The notes under the pieces were generated by a model. The model made no database searches. It was not told the DNA's origin and worked only from the letters and a program-made list of their open reading frames with translations. The position numbers were made by a program, and so were the translations under genes. This document shows, one piece after another, positions 13,348 to 26,489 of a DNA stretch of 64,000 bases; position 1 is the stretch's first letter; each line of letters opens with the position of its first letter. The DNA comes from Tubulanus polymorphus. Lineage: Eukaryota; Animalia; Nemertea. The stretch lies in NCBI RefSeq assembly GCF_964204645.1, contig NC_134028.1, positions 9,920,001 to 9,984,000 of the forward strand, written 5' to 3'.

Positions 13348-13954
13348 TTACGCGTCAACAGGAGGAATATATTTTTGTTTTTCCAAATAATCAATATTTA
13401 AATTAGATAAATTTACTGCTAATGTTAATTTCAAAATATCATTGATATCAAATCTATCAACACTAATATTTCCCATTTTAAATACTTTTTTTAATAACAT
13501 TGTATAACCAACAGTTCCAACTGATATAACCAACAGTTCCAACTGATAGTAATGCTCCATTATATGAACCAGTTATTATCCATTTCTGATCCGCCATTTA
13601 TAAAGAACAAAAATTACAATCCTCAAAATATTTAGTTATCTTAGTTACAATTATTTCAACATTTATGATATTGTTAGTTTCATTTTCATATATTTCAGTT
13701 TTTATTTTTTTAATATCATCGATAATAAAATCTTCATTGAATTCATAAAATCTCAAAGAATTTCTAATGAAATCAGTAATTTTTTCTACCTTATAAATTT
13801 CTTTATTTATCGTTGTTTCATAATCAAATGTTGTTTCATTAAAAAATGCAATATTTTTGATATGAGTTATTACATCATTAATATCAAATTTCATTTCTTT
13901 CTCACGTTTAAAATCAAATCAAAAACATATACTCGGCCCTGCTGTGATATTCAT
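13348..13954 (-). pseudogene. Two small Polinton ORFs (homologues of 25340-25561 and 24978-25336)
   Basis: Near-identical peptides (DRFDINDILKLTLAV; INDVITHIKNIAF). Confidence 0.7.
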
Positions 13955-13972
13955 ACCTATATATCAAAAAAA

Positions 13973-14772
13973 TTACTGTTTACATCTTATAACTCATTCA
14001 TAAATTACAGGAAAATTATTTAAATTAATTAAATATCCATTATGATTTCTTTTTTCTAATTTGAAATTATCAAATTGTGGAATACAAGGTTTAAAATCAC
14101 ATTCAGCTAAATTATAATTTATTTGCGTTCTAAATTGTTTAACATTTTTCAATGGTAGAATATTTAATATACTGGAATTACAAATTGTACCTTAAGTTGC
14201 TTCATATGTTTTTACGGGGTATATTAAATTACAATATATATTAATATGTGTAAAAGGTGTAAAAATTATATTTGGTATATTATTACATATTATATACTTA
14301 TATATTTGCTATATTATTACTATATTATTAGTATAGTTTATTTGGTGTAATTCCTAAAATTTTAGGTTATGGTTTCCTTACTATAAATTTATGTTGTTCT
14401 TCATTAGCTAACTTTATTCTTAATTCATTATCAATCACTTTTTACAAATTTAATTCCAAATCCAGCAGCTGCGCCCATTTTTGTCTTAGCTTTTCTATTA
14501 ATTTCATGTGCTAAAGTCTCTCAATTATATAATCCTGGTTTTATAAATAGATGATACCATTTATTCAATTTTCTTACATGAATCATAAAAGCATTATGAT
14601 CAAAAGTTTTATCTGTTACATTATAAAAACAATTACATAAACTTATATTTACTAATTTTAAATCTACACAATTTTTAAATTCTCTATCTAATTGCACTAG
14701 TTAATAATGAGATTAATAATTTGTAAGTTTTCTAGAATCAACATATATTCTATATTCTTTTAATTCAATCAT
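13973..14772 (-). pseudogene. Minor capsid protein (penton), copy A
   Basis: Reverse-complement homologue of 24202-24961. Confidence 0.7.
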
Positions 14773-14788
14773 TTATTTTACATATTTT

Positions 14789-15142
14789 TTATTCAAAATC
14801 TATGTCATGACATCCTTTTTCATTCTTACCTTTATATATGAAATAGAAATCACCAGAATACAATTCTTCAATATCTTCACTAGATAATCTGTGAAATCTG
14901 TCTGGTAAATATGTTCTGAATTTATATCTTTTTCCTTTTAATCCTTCATGTTCTAAGTGAATAACTTATTTATTACCATATCTATTAGTAATTGTTTCAA
15001 TATTTGTAATTAAATATATCTTATGTAATGTTAATTCTGTTAACTTTTTGAATTTATAATCTACAGATTTGACATTTGTAGTAACTTTAATTCTATCTAA
15101 GAATGATTTGTTGTTCTCACTGTGTACTTGTCTACTCTCCAT
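14789..15142 (-). pseudogene. Subterminal ~115-aa ORF, homologue of 30081-30407
   Basis: FKKLTEL..YGNK..YLPDRF..IYKGKNEKGCHDIDF; one internal stop. Confidence 0.65.
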
Positions 15143-15241
15143 TTCAATAAAAAATTTTTTATTAAAATTGATTTCATTTATGTATTATTCACGAATATGA
15201 TTTTCATTTATGTATGTTATTCATATTTATGAAATTATTAG

Positions 15242-15393
15242 AGTAATTGTATAAATGGGGGTTCAGATTAAAGGTTGAAAGGTTGAGTGAGTAAAAAATA
15301 AAAATAAATTCGAGCGTGCGAGAATTTAATTTTTATTTTTTCATGAGCTCGACCTTTCGACCTTTGATCTGAACCCCCATTAATACAATTACT
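15242..15393. repeat. 152-bp fold-back terminus of copy A
   Basis: AGTAATTGTATAAATGGGGGTTCAGAT...ATCTGAACCCCCATTAATACAATTACT; homologous to the copy B TIR. Confidence 0.8.
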
Positions 15394-16340
15394 GATGACT
15401 GCTATTTGTGCACGGTGGATCACGTTCCCGGATGACGCAGAAGCCGTCGTAGAGTGCGGAGTTTGTTATGAGTCCGGACAGCAGTGCCAATGCCAATACC
15501 GGAATTTAACGTGTGATAGCTGCTACGCACCAATATAGCAATCGGGAGGGAGAGTGCACACAGTATCATGCTGTGCCCCTACTGTCGGAATACCATTTAT
15601 TGGGCGCGGATGTTCGAAGAAAAACCCACTAAATTCATTTACATTATAGTTTTATTATAGAAGCTTAAAATATTTCACGATATATTTTTTTACAAATAAT
15701 CATTATCATTAGTTTTATTTGACGATAGTTTCGTAGTATCGCGTTCATTGTTACCGTGCCAATTCAATAAAAAGGATAAAACGTATAAGATCGAGTCGAT
15801 AATTGAAACTCGAGGTAAAGGCGCTCGAAAACAATACTTGGTAAAGTGGTATAACTATCCCGATAAATTCAATTCTTGGGTGAACGCTCGAGATATCAAG
15901 AAATCACCATGAGTCAGGATTATTAGGTGTATCTCAAAAGTGATGCTAGCATAGACATTCATCCCGATAATACGCAACATAGTTTTAAAGTCCGTTTACG
16001 AACACCGATTTCACTTCAAGGCAAATGGGTTTGTGCTTTACATCAAATACACTTTTTGGCTGATATCAATAACGTGAACAATGGAAGATTTCAATGTACG
16101 TCGTCTGAGCACGGAACTCATCATCTCGATATACCCACGGGGCGCTATTTGACAATTACTCAATTAATTGTCGCTTACAAGCAGAGTTAAACAAATGGTA
16201 CGGTGATAAGAGGGTTCTTGCATTCGATGTACTAAGTCATAAAATTAGTATCCGATTTTATGGCAACTGTTCGATAACCTTTACGAACGATTTTGCGTGG
16301 ATCTTGGGTTTTAGAGAAAATATACCGATTAACGAAAGTA
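15394..16340 (+). pseudogene. Fragment of a second, more GC-rich Polinton family: RING-like remnant, integrase chromodomain tail, penton N-terminus
   Basis: CGVCYES..CDSC..PYCR; YKIESIIETRGKGARKQYLVKWYNYPDKFNSWV; LKSDASIDIHPDNTQHSFKVRLRTPISLQGKWVCAL. Confidence 0.7.
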
Positions 16341-16359
16341 TATCAGATCTTCGCCAAGG

Positions 16360-16790
16360 CTCTAATATTCTCATAGTAAAAGTAAAGCGCGGCTAATATT
16401 AAACCTCCAGCAACTAATTAATGTTTCAAATCACTTTTCCAAGGAATGAAACCATCCATTTATTTAAGAAAAAAAAAATATTTAATATTTTATAATCATT
16501 TTTAAAATATTAAACTTTAAAATGATTAAATCAAATAACAATTAAGCTGTTATTCATTAACTAATTTCTCAATGTTTTAACTATTATATATTTGAAACAT
16601 ACAGCTTAATCTTTTTTCAATATAGAATTATCATTCTTACCATATTCGATATGTTTAATTGTTTGATAATGTTTTGATTTATGTGATCTTAAATATTTAC
16701 CCCGCAATAACAATACACTTTCTCATTAGGATTAAACTTTTTGAATTCATCATCTAAATCACATTGAATACCAATATCTTTATAAGAATT
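16360..16790 (-). pseudogene. Polinton fragment homologous to ~54420-54600 and ~55945-56140
   Basis: Minus strand encodes YKDIGIQCDLDDEF and MDGFIP..VAGGLILAALYFYYENI. Confidence 0.75.
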
Positions 16791-17135
16791 GCCGGGAGCT
16801 GGAAATATTTAGGTAAGCAAGCTATATCAGTTTACTTTAGTTAGCAGTATCTGTAGTGTAGGTTTATAGGGGTTATTTCTGAGTTTAATTACTTTATCTT
16901 TTAGTCAATCTTCAACTCATCACTTGTTAGTCGCTGTAAAATGTGTGTATGATGATACTGATATGACGATCCAGCAATTGTGAAAATAAACAATATTAAG
17001 TCAAGAAGAAGACGTCGCTGTTATCAATTTTCTTCTTTCGCCGCAACAATAGTTATCAATAGTTAAAAAGATTTCATATGAAATTTATGTATATCATATT
17101 TGGTTAAAATGTATACAACATAGGTTACGTGTACA

Positions 17136-17757
17136 TTGTTGTATTTTATTCTTATAGATGTGAGAGATATGGATTTTGCTGAGGTGTCGATGATATTGTT
17201 GCATGTTGGCACGAATGATATTTCGTGTGACGTTCTTTTAAGCAAAGTTTTGGAGAATCATCAGGTCCTGATAAAATTGATAAGATTTAAAGCGGGGAAC
17301 AAACCAGTTATTGTGTCGGGGGTTATGATACGCTATGACAGGTTTGAACATACAATGGCTATTGAAATCCTTTATCACAATAGAAGTAATGTTCAGTTTG
17401 AAAGTTGTCAGCATATATCACTCAAACTTCAATTCTTTTTTAGTGAAGAAATCATGATCGAAATTCCGCATTATAACATTATGCTACATCAACTTTGTGT
17501 CGATGAAGGTGTTAGTTTCCATTTATTTGATATGGCTCCTGAATTCATATCCAGGTAGATAATTTGTACCACTGATTTAACCAGAGTATAGAAGCTACAT
17601 CAATCAATGATTTGTTTTATTTTTTCAAGTTGTGATGGTATCCATCCCTCGAGACCAGGAAATCGGTATCTAAATTCAAGCATCGAGAAGCTGATTAAAA
17701 CTTTTGAAAATAAACAGGATGCAAGTTACATTCTTCAAAAGTTATTAATGATCGGTA
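17136..17757 (+). pseudogene. SGNH/GDSL esterase-like remnant
   Basis: LHVGTND (block III) and DGIHPS..GN (block V, ~17634). Confidence 0.6.
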
Positions 17758-17837
17758 AGTAATTAGAAGATGTGGGTTTCAGATCAGAGGTCGGAGGTCA
17801 AACACTCATCACCACAAGAAATTTTTTTTCCTTATAA

Positions 17838-20800
17838 ATGGGGGAGAATGAACACCAACCAGAAAACAATAATGTCAATAAAAATCAATATTATTGTCAA
17901 TATTGTAAAAAATACATCGATAAATACCAAAAATCACGACATGAAAAATCTGCAAATCATATAAAAAATGTAATAGATTTTGAAACTCCAGAAAATTCCA
18001 ATGAAAGAAAAGAACGATTAGAAAATATGAATGTGGATGAAATAAAATGTGAAGTTTGTAATGAATTTATAGTAAAAAGGAATTATAATAGACATCTCGA
18101 ATCACAAAAACATTATAAAAATTTAAATAAAAATGTTTTAGGATTAGAATATTTTGATAATAAACCTCAACAAGTAAAAGAATCAACTTCAAAAACTAAA
18201 TCCATTTCAAATAAACCTTACATGGAAAATGTTAGAAATTATATTGATTCACTAGAAATAAAAGATACAATTGAAATTTTAGAAACATTACATAGTAAAA
18301 TTGGTCCTGCAGCTATTATATTTAGATTTTTTAAAGGTACAACAATAGAAGATTATAGTAAATTTAATGAAATAATAGAAAAAATACTAGATTTGATAAC
18401 AGATGTTGAATATCCAAAAATTAGTATCTCTGGGAAAGTAAGTTTTATAAAGTCAGGAGAAAAAATGGATTATAATATTCAAACACTCTCTGAAGAAATA
18501 ATTTCAAAAACACAAATAAAAGAGAAGTTAGAAAAAATATTTAATGAATTTAAACGTCATATTGAAGAAAGATATTTTGAGGGTTCTGGCTTAACATTGA
18601 ATGAAATTATATATTTAGATTTAAATGTTTATAATACAAAAAGAAATAAAACATCAAAAAGTAATAAAATGTTTAAAAATGATTCAAACTTTACAACAGA
18701 AAAGGATATTAAAGCATCATCTTATATTAAATTACCATTTACAACAAAAGCAGTAATAAATATTCAAAATGAAGATAATAAATGTTTTCTATGGTCAATT
18801 ATTAGTTGCTTACATCCAACACAGGAAAATGTTTGTAGAATAACAGATTATCGGAAATATGAAACATTATATAAAATTGATCAATATCCAGTAACTATAA
18901 AAATGATTCCTAAAATAGAAAAAGTTAATAATTTAAAAATAAATGTATTTGAATTAATGCAATTACCAAAGACAAAAGGTGAAAATATTAAAGATTATAC
19001 ATTGGAATCTTTATATTTAACAGAATATTATGATGATGAAAATGCTATAGATTTGTTATATTACAAAAAAGATGAAAATGAACATTATATGTGGTTAAAA
19101 CAAATTGATTTATTCTTTAGAACAGAAAGTGATCATCATCGTAAAATTTATCTATGTAGAAAATGTTTATCTAAATTTATGACTGAGAATACATTATAAA
19201 AACATAAAGAATTATGTGATAATAAAGATTTTTTTAAATTAATAATGCCAACAGAAAAAGATTATAAATTGAAATTTACTAATCATAAATTTAAAAATAT
19301 TATTCCATTTGTAATTTATGGGGATTTTGAATCGTTGAATAAAGAATTAACTGATCAAGATAGAAAAGAAATATATAACAAAAAGCAATTATTAAAATCA
19401 ATGGATAAAGGAAATGAATTAAATGAAGACACAATACAAGACCCACCAATTATAAATACAATTAAAAAAGTTCATCAAAGAGCTGCTGCTTATGGAATTT
19501 ATATAAAATCAAATTATCCCGAATTATATGAAAGTCAATATATTTCTTTTAGAGGTGAAAATGTAGTTAATGATTTTTGTGATAAAATGATTGAATTAGA
19601 AAGTGATTTTACAAAATTATTAAACAAAAATAAAAGAATAGTTATGACAAAAGAAGATGAAATTGATTTTAATTATGCAACTCATTGTTGTTACTGTGAA
19701 AAACGTTTTTATTCATTTGATAAAAGAGTTAGAGATCATGATCATTTGAATTCAAAATATCGTGGAGCTGCTCATGAAGATTGCAATTTACAAGCTAAAA
19801 AAGTAAATTTCGTACCAATATTATTTCATAATTCATCAGGATATGATACCCATCTATTTATAAAACAATTATCGGGAAAATTGGGTGCAATTAATCAAGA
19901 AATAGAAGAATATAATACTATGAATGGTGTAAATGTAAGAAAATATGATTTTAAACTATTAGCTAAAACATCTGAAAATTATATTTCATTTCAATTTGGT
20001 TGCATTAGATTTTTAGATTCTTATAGATTTCTAGCAAGTTCATTAGATAATTTATCAAAAAGTTTAGTTGATAATGATTTTGTTATAACTCGATATTATT
20101 ATCCAAATGAACAAGATTTTAAATTATTGAGATATAAAGGCGCAATTCCTTATTCATTTTATAAAACACATAATGATTTTAATGTAACTGAATTATTAAA
20201 AGATCAATTTTATGATCAATTAAAAGAGGAGTATGTGAAAGATGAAGTGTTTAATAGAACATTAAATATTTGGAACCATTTTAAGATGAAAAATCATGGT
20301 GAATTAGTTGATTTATATTTAAAATCAGATGTTATGATATTGGCTGACATATTTGAAAAATTTAGAGAAGTTAATTTGAATCATTTTAATGTTGATCCTT
20401 GTTATTGTTATTCAAGTCCTGGTTTAACCTGGCAATGTGGTTTAAAATATACAAATGTAGAATTAGATTTATTAAAAGAACCAGATATGGTTTTATTATT
20501 TGAAAAATCAATTAGAGGTGGAATTAGTGGTGTTATGGGAGATAGGTATTTTAAAGCAAATGATGAATATAAATTATTATATATTGACGCCAATAATTTA
20601 TATGGTTGGGCAATGATGCAACCTCAACCACATAAAAATTTTATATTAACAGAAGTTGAAAATGGTGATAAAACTGATTGGGAAAGCGCAATTGCGAGTT
20701 TAAAAGATGAAGCACCAATTGGTTATTTCTTTGTAGTTGATTTAGAATATCCTGAAAATATAAAGTTTAAAACAAGAAACTTACCTTATTGCCCAGAACA

Positions 20801-22835
20801 TTTAACTGTAGATGATAGTTATTTAAGTGAATACCAGAAGAAAATAAAACCGAAAGATCATGTTTTTACAGAAAAATTAATACTTACTCAAAATAATAAA
20901 TACAATTATATTGTTCATTATAGAATGTTAAAATTTTATCTGAAACAAGGAATGAAATTAAAGAAAGTACATAGATATATTGAATTTAATCAATCGAGGT
21001 GGTTAGAAAAATATATAGATTTCAATACTCAACAGAGAACTATATCAAAAACAGATTTTGAAAAAGATTTTTTCAAATTGATGAACAATAGTTTTTATGG
21101 AAAAACATGTGAAAATATTAGAAATAGAAATGATATTGAATTAGTAAATAATTCTGAAAGATTAAGACATTTACAATCAAGTCCTAGACATTTAGGAAAT
21201 AAAAGGTTTGAAGATTATTTAACCGCGGTAAAATTAAAAAGAACGTCAATGAAATTTAATAAACCTATATTCATTGGTTCAACTGTTTTAGAAATAACAA
21301 AATTATTAATGTATGATTTTTATTATAATGTTTTACAACCACTTTTTGGGGAAAAGCATATTGAAATATTATATTTTGATTCTGTAACAGCTGATACCCC
21401 AATATTATTAAAATACAATAACCAAATATTAATAAGAAGAATTTCAGAAATAATTCCAAAACAAAATGAACTTTATATTTCATATGGTGAAAAAGAATTA
21501 ATACAAATAAATGGTTTAATAGATGTTTGGACAAGAAATGGATGGAAAAAATTAAAGAATATTATTAGACATAAAACAAATAAGAAAATCTATAGAGTTA
21601 GAACTAAATTAGGGTTCGTAGATGTTACAGAAGATCATAGTTTAATTAAACGAAATGGTGATGAAATAAAACCAACTGATATAAAAATTGGAGATGAATT
21701 ATTACATAAAAGATTTTTCCCAAGAATGAATCATATATCATTTGATGAAATAATTGATAATATTTATAATATAGAACCCGAAACATTAGAAGAAAAAGAA
21801 TATTTTATCAAAGGATTTTTCATGCAATCAAGACTTAAAATTATTAGAAAGAATTAAGAAATTCTGTGAAGAAGTTTATCCAAATAAAACATTTAGAATC
21901 ATGGATGTTATGAAATCAACAGCAGTTTATAGAATACTTGTAAATAATCCTAAAGATTTTGCTATAAAATATAATGATGAATTCTATATTCATGCAATAG
22001 TGAAAAGTAATACTTCAACTAAAGAAAAAATAGTACCAGATTATGTATTAAATACAAAAAATAATTTAAGAAAGTGGTTCTTCATTGGATTCTATGCCGC
22101 AGATGGTTCAAAAAGTTTCCAAAACCGCAAAACCATATCCTTTGCTCAAAAAGGAAAAGTTGCTATATCAGGATTGAATATATTATGTAGTTTATTAGGA
22201 TTTAATATGAATATAGAATTAATTAAATCTAAACAATTGTTTTAATTTAAGGCATGTAGAAAAAGAATTAACAGAAGTTAAAGATTTATTTGAAATATAT
22301 AACCCAACTGACTATGTTTATGATTTATCAACAGATGATGGAACATTCAATTCTGGGTTCCCATTAATCCAAAAAAAATACCGATAGTTACATACTAAAA
22401 ATCAAGACAAATGATATAACAAAAGACTTAAAAACATTAAAACATCATTTTGATTTTAGTAACTACCCTAAAAATCATGAATTGTTTAGCAATGATAATA
22501 AAAAGATTCCTGGTAAATTTAAAGATGAATTAGGAGGTGATGAAATGATTGAATTTGTTGGGATAAGAAGTAAAATGTATAGTTACAGAACAAAGGATCA
22601 TGAAGCTAAAAAGTTAAAAGGAATAACAAAACATGTGGTTGATAAACATATAGAATTTCAAGATTATATAAAGTGTTTATATAAATCAATTGTAATGAAA
22701 CACAAAATGAATTGTTTAAGATCAGAAGATCACGAGATGTACATTAATGAAGTTGAAAAAACTAGTTTGAATCCATTTGATGATAAAAGGCATATTTTAG
22801 ATGATGGTATAAAAACATTACCTTATGGCTATTAA
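17838..22835 (+). pseudogene. polB: Protein-primed family B DNA polymerase (pPolB) with intein
   Basis: N-terminal Zn fingers, EGSG, NKCFLWSI, Exo I YGDFES, RDHDH..GAAH..CN, FHNSSGYD, YIDANNLYGWAM, KLMNNSFYGK, YFD/TDS, KLKG; in-frame TAA 19197-19199; frameshifts within the intein. Confidence 0.95.
21381..22379 (+). mobile_element. Intein with degenerate LAGLIDADG homing endonuclease in pPolB motif C
   Basis: YFD|SVTADTPILL (block A), VDVTEDHSL (block B), FIKGFF and FFIGFYAADGS, YVYDLST..GTF..KN|TDS (blocks F/G, needs removal of one A from the A8 run 22371-22378). Confidence 0.93.
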
Positions 22836-23447
22836 AACATAAAATCAATATCATCAAACTCGAAATCACTATTGTCTTCTTCATTTTCATTTAATTGTTT
22901 AGGTTCTTCTTCCATTCCATTTTTTTCATTTAAATAAAGTTCTATCTTGTTCCACATTTCATCTCGCTCTCTTTGTTTCTTTTTGTTTGTTAATTCATCA
23001 AATGGAATTATAATATCTAGGTTTAAATAATTTACAATCTTATTTAAAAATAATTCATAATTTATTGAATCTGTTATTCTATTTTCCAAATGATATATTA
23101 ATATTTGTTTGAATATTTTTTTTTATATTTTCTATATCTTCTTCTGTTAATTTAGGTTTTTCATAATAATCGTTAAATAATAAATATAAATACATTTTCT
23201 TTTCTTTTGTGTTTAATGTTGACGGAATAATTGTATTTATAATATCTTTTTTAGTTATTTCACCATTTTCATTTTCTATTATTTTCATTTTTTCAAGCCA
23301 TTGCATATATTCTAATGTATGATCTTCTATAGAAAATATTTTAAAAATTTCATCAAGATAATTTAATTTTGGTTCTATGATAAAATCTCTAGTTTTTTCT
23401 TCGCCCCATAAATTCCTTTGCCATCCACAATCAACACAAAATAACAC
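22832..23447 (-). CDS. Two small hypothetical Polinton ORFs (85 and 122 aa; possibly fragments)
   Basis: ORF track; viral-like codon composition; acidic tail. Confidence 0.45.
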
Positions 23448-23461
23448 AGTACCTTCTTGTC

Positions 23462-24133
23462 TTAAGGTCGTATAATAACATTGTGGGCATTTTGTTTATA
23501 AATTATTGGTAATAGATCTTCATTAAGCTCTTGGTATTTTCTTACGTTTTCTTTATGTTTTATTGTTCTTTTATGTAGATTTGAATTACTTGTTGTAATA
23601 ATCAATTTACAATATTTACAATAATATGTTTTTCTTGTTAATTCATTATATTGTTTTTCTAACTTTTCAACTGTTTCTTCATTATCTGGTAACGTTTTCT
23701 TATATTTTATTTTTTCTAATAAATTATTTTCTCTTGCATTGAATTCAGTTTCAAATTTATTAGAAATTTTATCTATATGTGCTTTACGAAATTGATGATT
23801 CTCCCAATCTTCTATATTTTCAGGGCTATATTTTATTCGACAAGGCTCACAGAAATGATCTTTTATATTATCCTTATCATAGAATAAGAAAGGTCTTTTC
23901 CAAATAATTTCAGGTTCAACTTCAACAGAATTACTATCAACATTAGCCATTGCGCCATTAATTCTACACTTCTCTAAATGTTTTTTAACATAATTTCTTG
24001 AGAATAATTTATTACATTTTGGACAGTTTAGTTTAGGGGGTTTATAATTTTCTTCATGTTTTTTCATATGTCGAGCCATATTACTTTTTCTTAGAAATTC
24101 ACCACAAATTTCACATGCTATCTTCGCATCCAT
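23462..24133 (-). CDS. Multi zinc-finger (C2H2-like) protein
   Basis: CEIC..HMKKH, CPKC..HLEKC, CEPC..H..H, CKYC..HKRTIKH; TAAATG start. Confidence 0.75.
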   Translation of the reverse strand: MDAKIACEICGEFLRKSNMARHMKKHEENYKPPKLNCPKCNKLFSRNYVKKHLEKCRINGAMANVDSNSVEVEPEIIWKRPFLFYDKDNIKDHFCEPCRIKYSPENIEDWENHQFRKAHIDKISNKFETEFNARENNLLEKIKYKKTLPDNEETVEKLEKQYNELTRKTYYCKYCKLIITTSNSNLHKRTIKHKENVRKYQELNEDLLPIIYKQNAHNVIIRP

Positions 24134-24201
24134 TTATTAAGGAAAAATTTTATTAAAATTAATTTTTAGTGATGAGCGGTAATTTTTTTATGTTATAAAT
24201 A

Positions 24202-24961
24202 ATGGTAGAATTAAAAGAATACAGAATATTTGTTGATTCTAGAAAACTTACAAATTATAAATCTCATAATTTATTAGTACAATTAGATAGAGAATTTAAG
24301 AATTGTGTAGATTTAAAATTATTAAATATAAGTTTATGTAATTCTTTTTACAATATATCGAATAAAACTATTGAACATAATACTTTTTTAATTCATATTA
24401 GAAATATAAATAAATGGTTTCATCTATTTCTAAGACCAGGATTATATAATTTAGAAACATTATCTCAAGAAATTAATCGTAGAGCACGGTTGAAAATTAG
24501 AAAAAGATGATAAATTTTTAATAAGATTTATAAAAAGTGATAGCTCAAATAGAATTAAATTAAAGGTATTTGATGAAAGTCAACATGCATTTATGGTAAA
24601 AAAACCTATAGCTAAATTGCTAGGAATTGAACCAGATGTTGTTACAGTAAACGTAGAAGGCATTTCAAATATAATACCTTTTACACATTTTTATATTTAT
24701 TGCAATTTAATCGATCCTACAAAAGCATTTGAAGCAACTAAAGATACAACATGTAATTCTAGTATATTAAATATTTTACCATTAAAAAATGTTAAACAAT
24801 TTGGAACGCAAATAAATTATAATTTAGCTGAATGTGATTTCAAACCTTGTATTCCTCAATTTAATAATTTTAAATTAGAAATAAGAAATCATAATGGATA
24901 CTTAATTGATTTGAATAACTTTCCTGTAATTTATGAATTAGTTATAAGATGTAAAGAGTAA
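24202..24961 (+). pseudogene. Minor capsid protein (penton), copy B
   Basis: NSFYNIS, PGLYNLETL, LLG, FYIYCNLID, IDLNN pattern typical of Polinton pentons; break near 24510. Confidence 0.72.
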
Positions 24962-24977
24962 TTTTTCACCTATATAA

Positions 24978-26008
24978 ATGAATATAACTGTTGGACCGAG
25001 TATATGTTTTGGATTTGATTTTAAACGTGAGAAAGAAATGAAATTTAACATTAATGATGTAATTACACATATCAAAAATATTGCATTTTCTAATGAAACA
25101 ACATTTGAGTATGAAACAACAATTGATAAAGAAACTTTAAATGTAGAAAAGATTACTAATTTAATTAGAGAATCTTTAAGATTTTATGAATTAGAAGATT
25201 TGAAGATTTTATAATCGATGATATTAAAAAAATTATAATTGAAATATATACAAATGAAACTAGTAATAAAATAAATGTTGAATTAATAATCACTAAGATA
25301 ACTAAATATTTTGAAGATAGTAATTTTTTTGATTAATAAATGAGTGATAATAAGTGGATAATAACTGGATTATATAATGGCGCATTACTATCAGTTGGAA
25401 CGGTTGGTTATTCAATGGTATTAAAAAAAGTATTCAAAATGGGAAGTGTTAATGTTGATAGATTTGATATCAATGATATTTTAAAGTTAACATTAGCAGT
25501 TACTTTATCTAATTTAACAATTGATTATTTGGAAAAACAAAAATATATTCCTCCCATATAAATGCATAATTTTTTTGTTAAATAAATGGCTTCTGCAATT
25601 ATAACTATTATAGGATCGGCAATTGTTAACGCTTTAGCATTTACTGGTGGTGGTTATTTATTTAAACATATTGATAAAAATAGTTCATTAGGAGAACAAA
25701 GAAGACATAACTTAGCGTTAGAGAAATACAATAAAGCTGCAGAAGAATATAGAGAAAAGAGATAAAACTATATGGATTACATCAATAAAGAATTATATGA
25801 TCAGAAGATTTCACACAGAGATTTTAATCAGTTGATGATGCAATGAGTTTATATAACGCAGTAACAAATAAAGACAAATTACATCTATACAAACCTAAAT
25901 TATCAGATTATTATACCCCAAGTAAAGAACAACAGAAATATGAAATAATTTGGATTTTAGGTGGAACAGTTATTGTTATATTTGTTGCTTAAATAATTTA
26001 CTAATTAG
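24978..26008 (+). pseudogene. Three small conserved Polinton ORFs (24978, 25340, 25586)
   Basis: Syntenic with 12909-13954 of copy A; 25340-25561 intact, the others disrupted. Confidence 0.7.
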
Positions 26009-26027
26009 TAATTTTTATTCTAAATAA

Positions 26028-26489
26028 ATGGAAGATAAAGTTGATAGTATTGATATTATTCCTCATGATATAAATAAAACTAAATTAAAAATATATTTAG
26101 AAAAACAAATATTAGAATTTGAAAGTGACTTAAAGATAAAAAAGAAAAAATATTTAAAAAGTAAAATTATATATTATTTGATTATAAGTGGTTCGGTTAC
26201 AATTAGTTCTGTAATAACATTTCTAGCAATATTCAGCCCATTAACACCTTTAGCTATATCAATTGGTGTATTAGGATTAAGTTCAAGTGTTTTAACCGGT
26301 ATAAGTTCAAAATTAAATATAAAAAGTAATAAAGAAAAAATTAAAACTAATATAAAAGAAATTAATAAATTAAAGAACACACTAGATTATATAATAAGTT
26401 TAAATGGTCATATAACAGTTGAAGAACAAGATAAATTATTAAAAGAATTAATAAATTATCAATTTTTTAATTATATAAATGGTAGATAG
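26028..26489 (+). CDS. Polinton protein with two-TM hairpin between coiled coils
   Basis: 153 aa; TAAATG start; truncated homologue ~12760-12890. Confidence 0.7.
   Translation: MEDKVDSIDIIPHDINKTKLKIYLEKQILEFESDLKIKKKKYLKSKIIYYLIISGSVTISSVITFLAIFSPLTPLAISIGVLGLSSSVLTGISSKLNIKSNKEKIKTNIKEINKLKNTLDYIISLNGHITVEEQDKLLKELINYQFFNYINGR

Larger units (their letters stand above)
9250..15393. mobile_element. Polinton/Maverick copy A, degraded, left end missing
   Basis: Integrase, ATPase, penton and small genes homologous to copies B/C; ends in ATTACT at 15393. Confidence 0.88.

Noticed and set aside
19197-19199. Alternative genetic code or programmed readthrough suggested by single in-frame stops (also 59248, 61724, 54130, 4558)
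   Set aside because: Both TAA and TGA occur, sister copies have sense codons where visible, and frameshifts co-occur; ordinary decay
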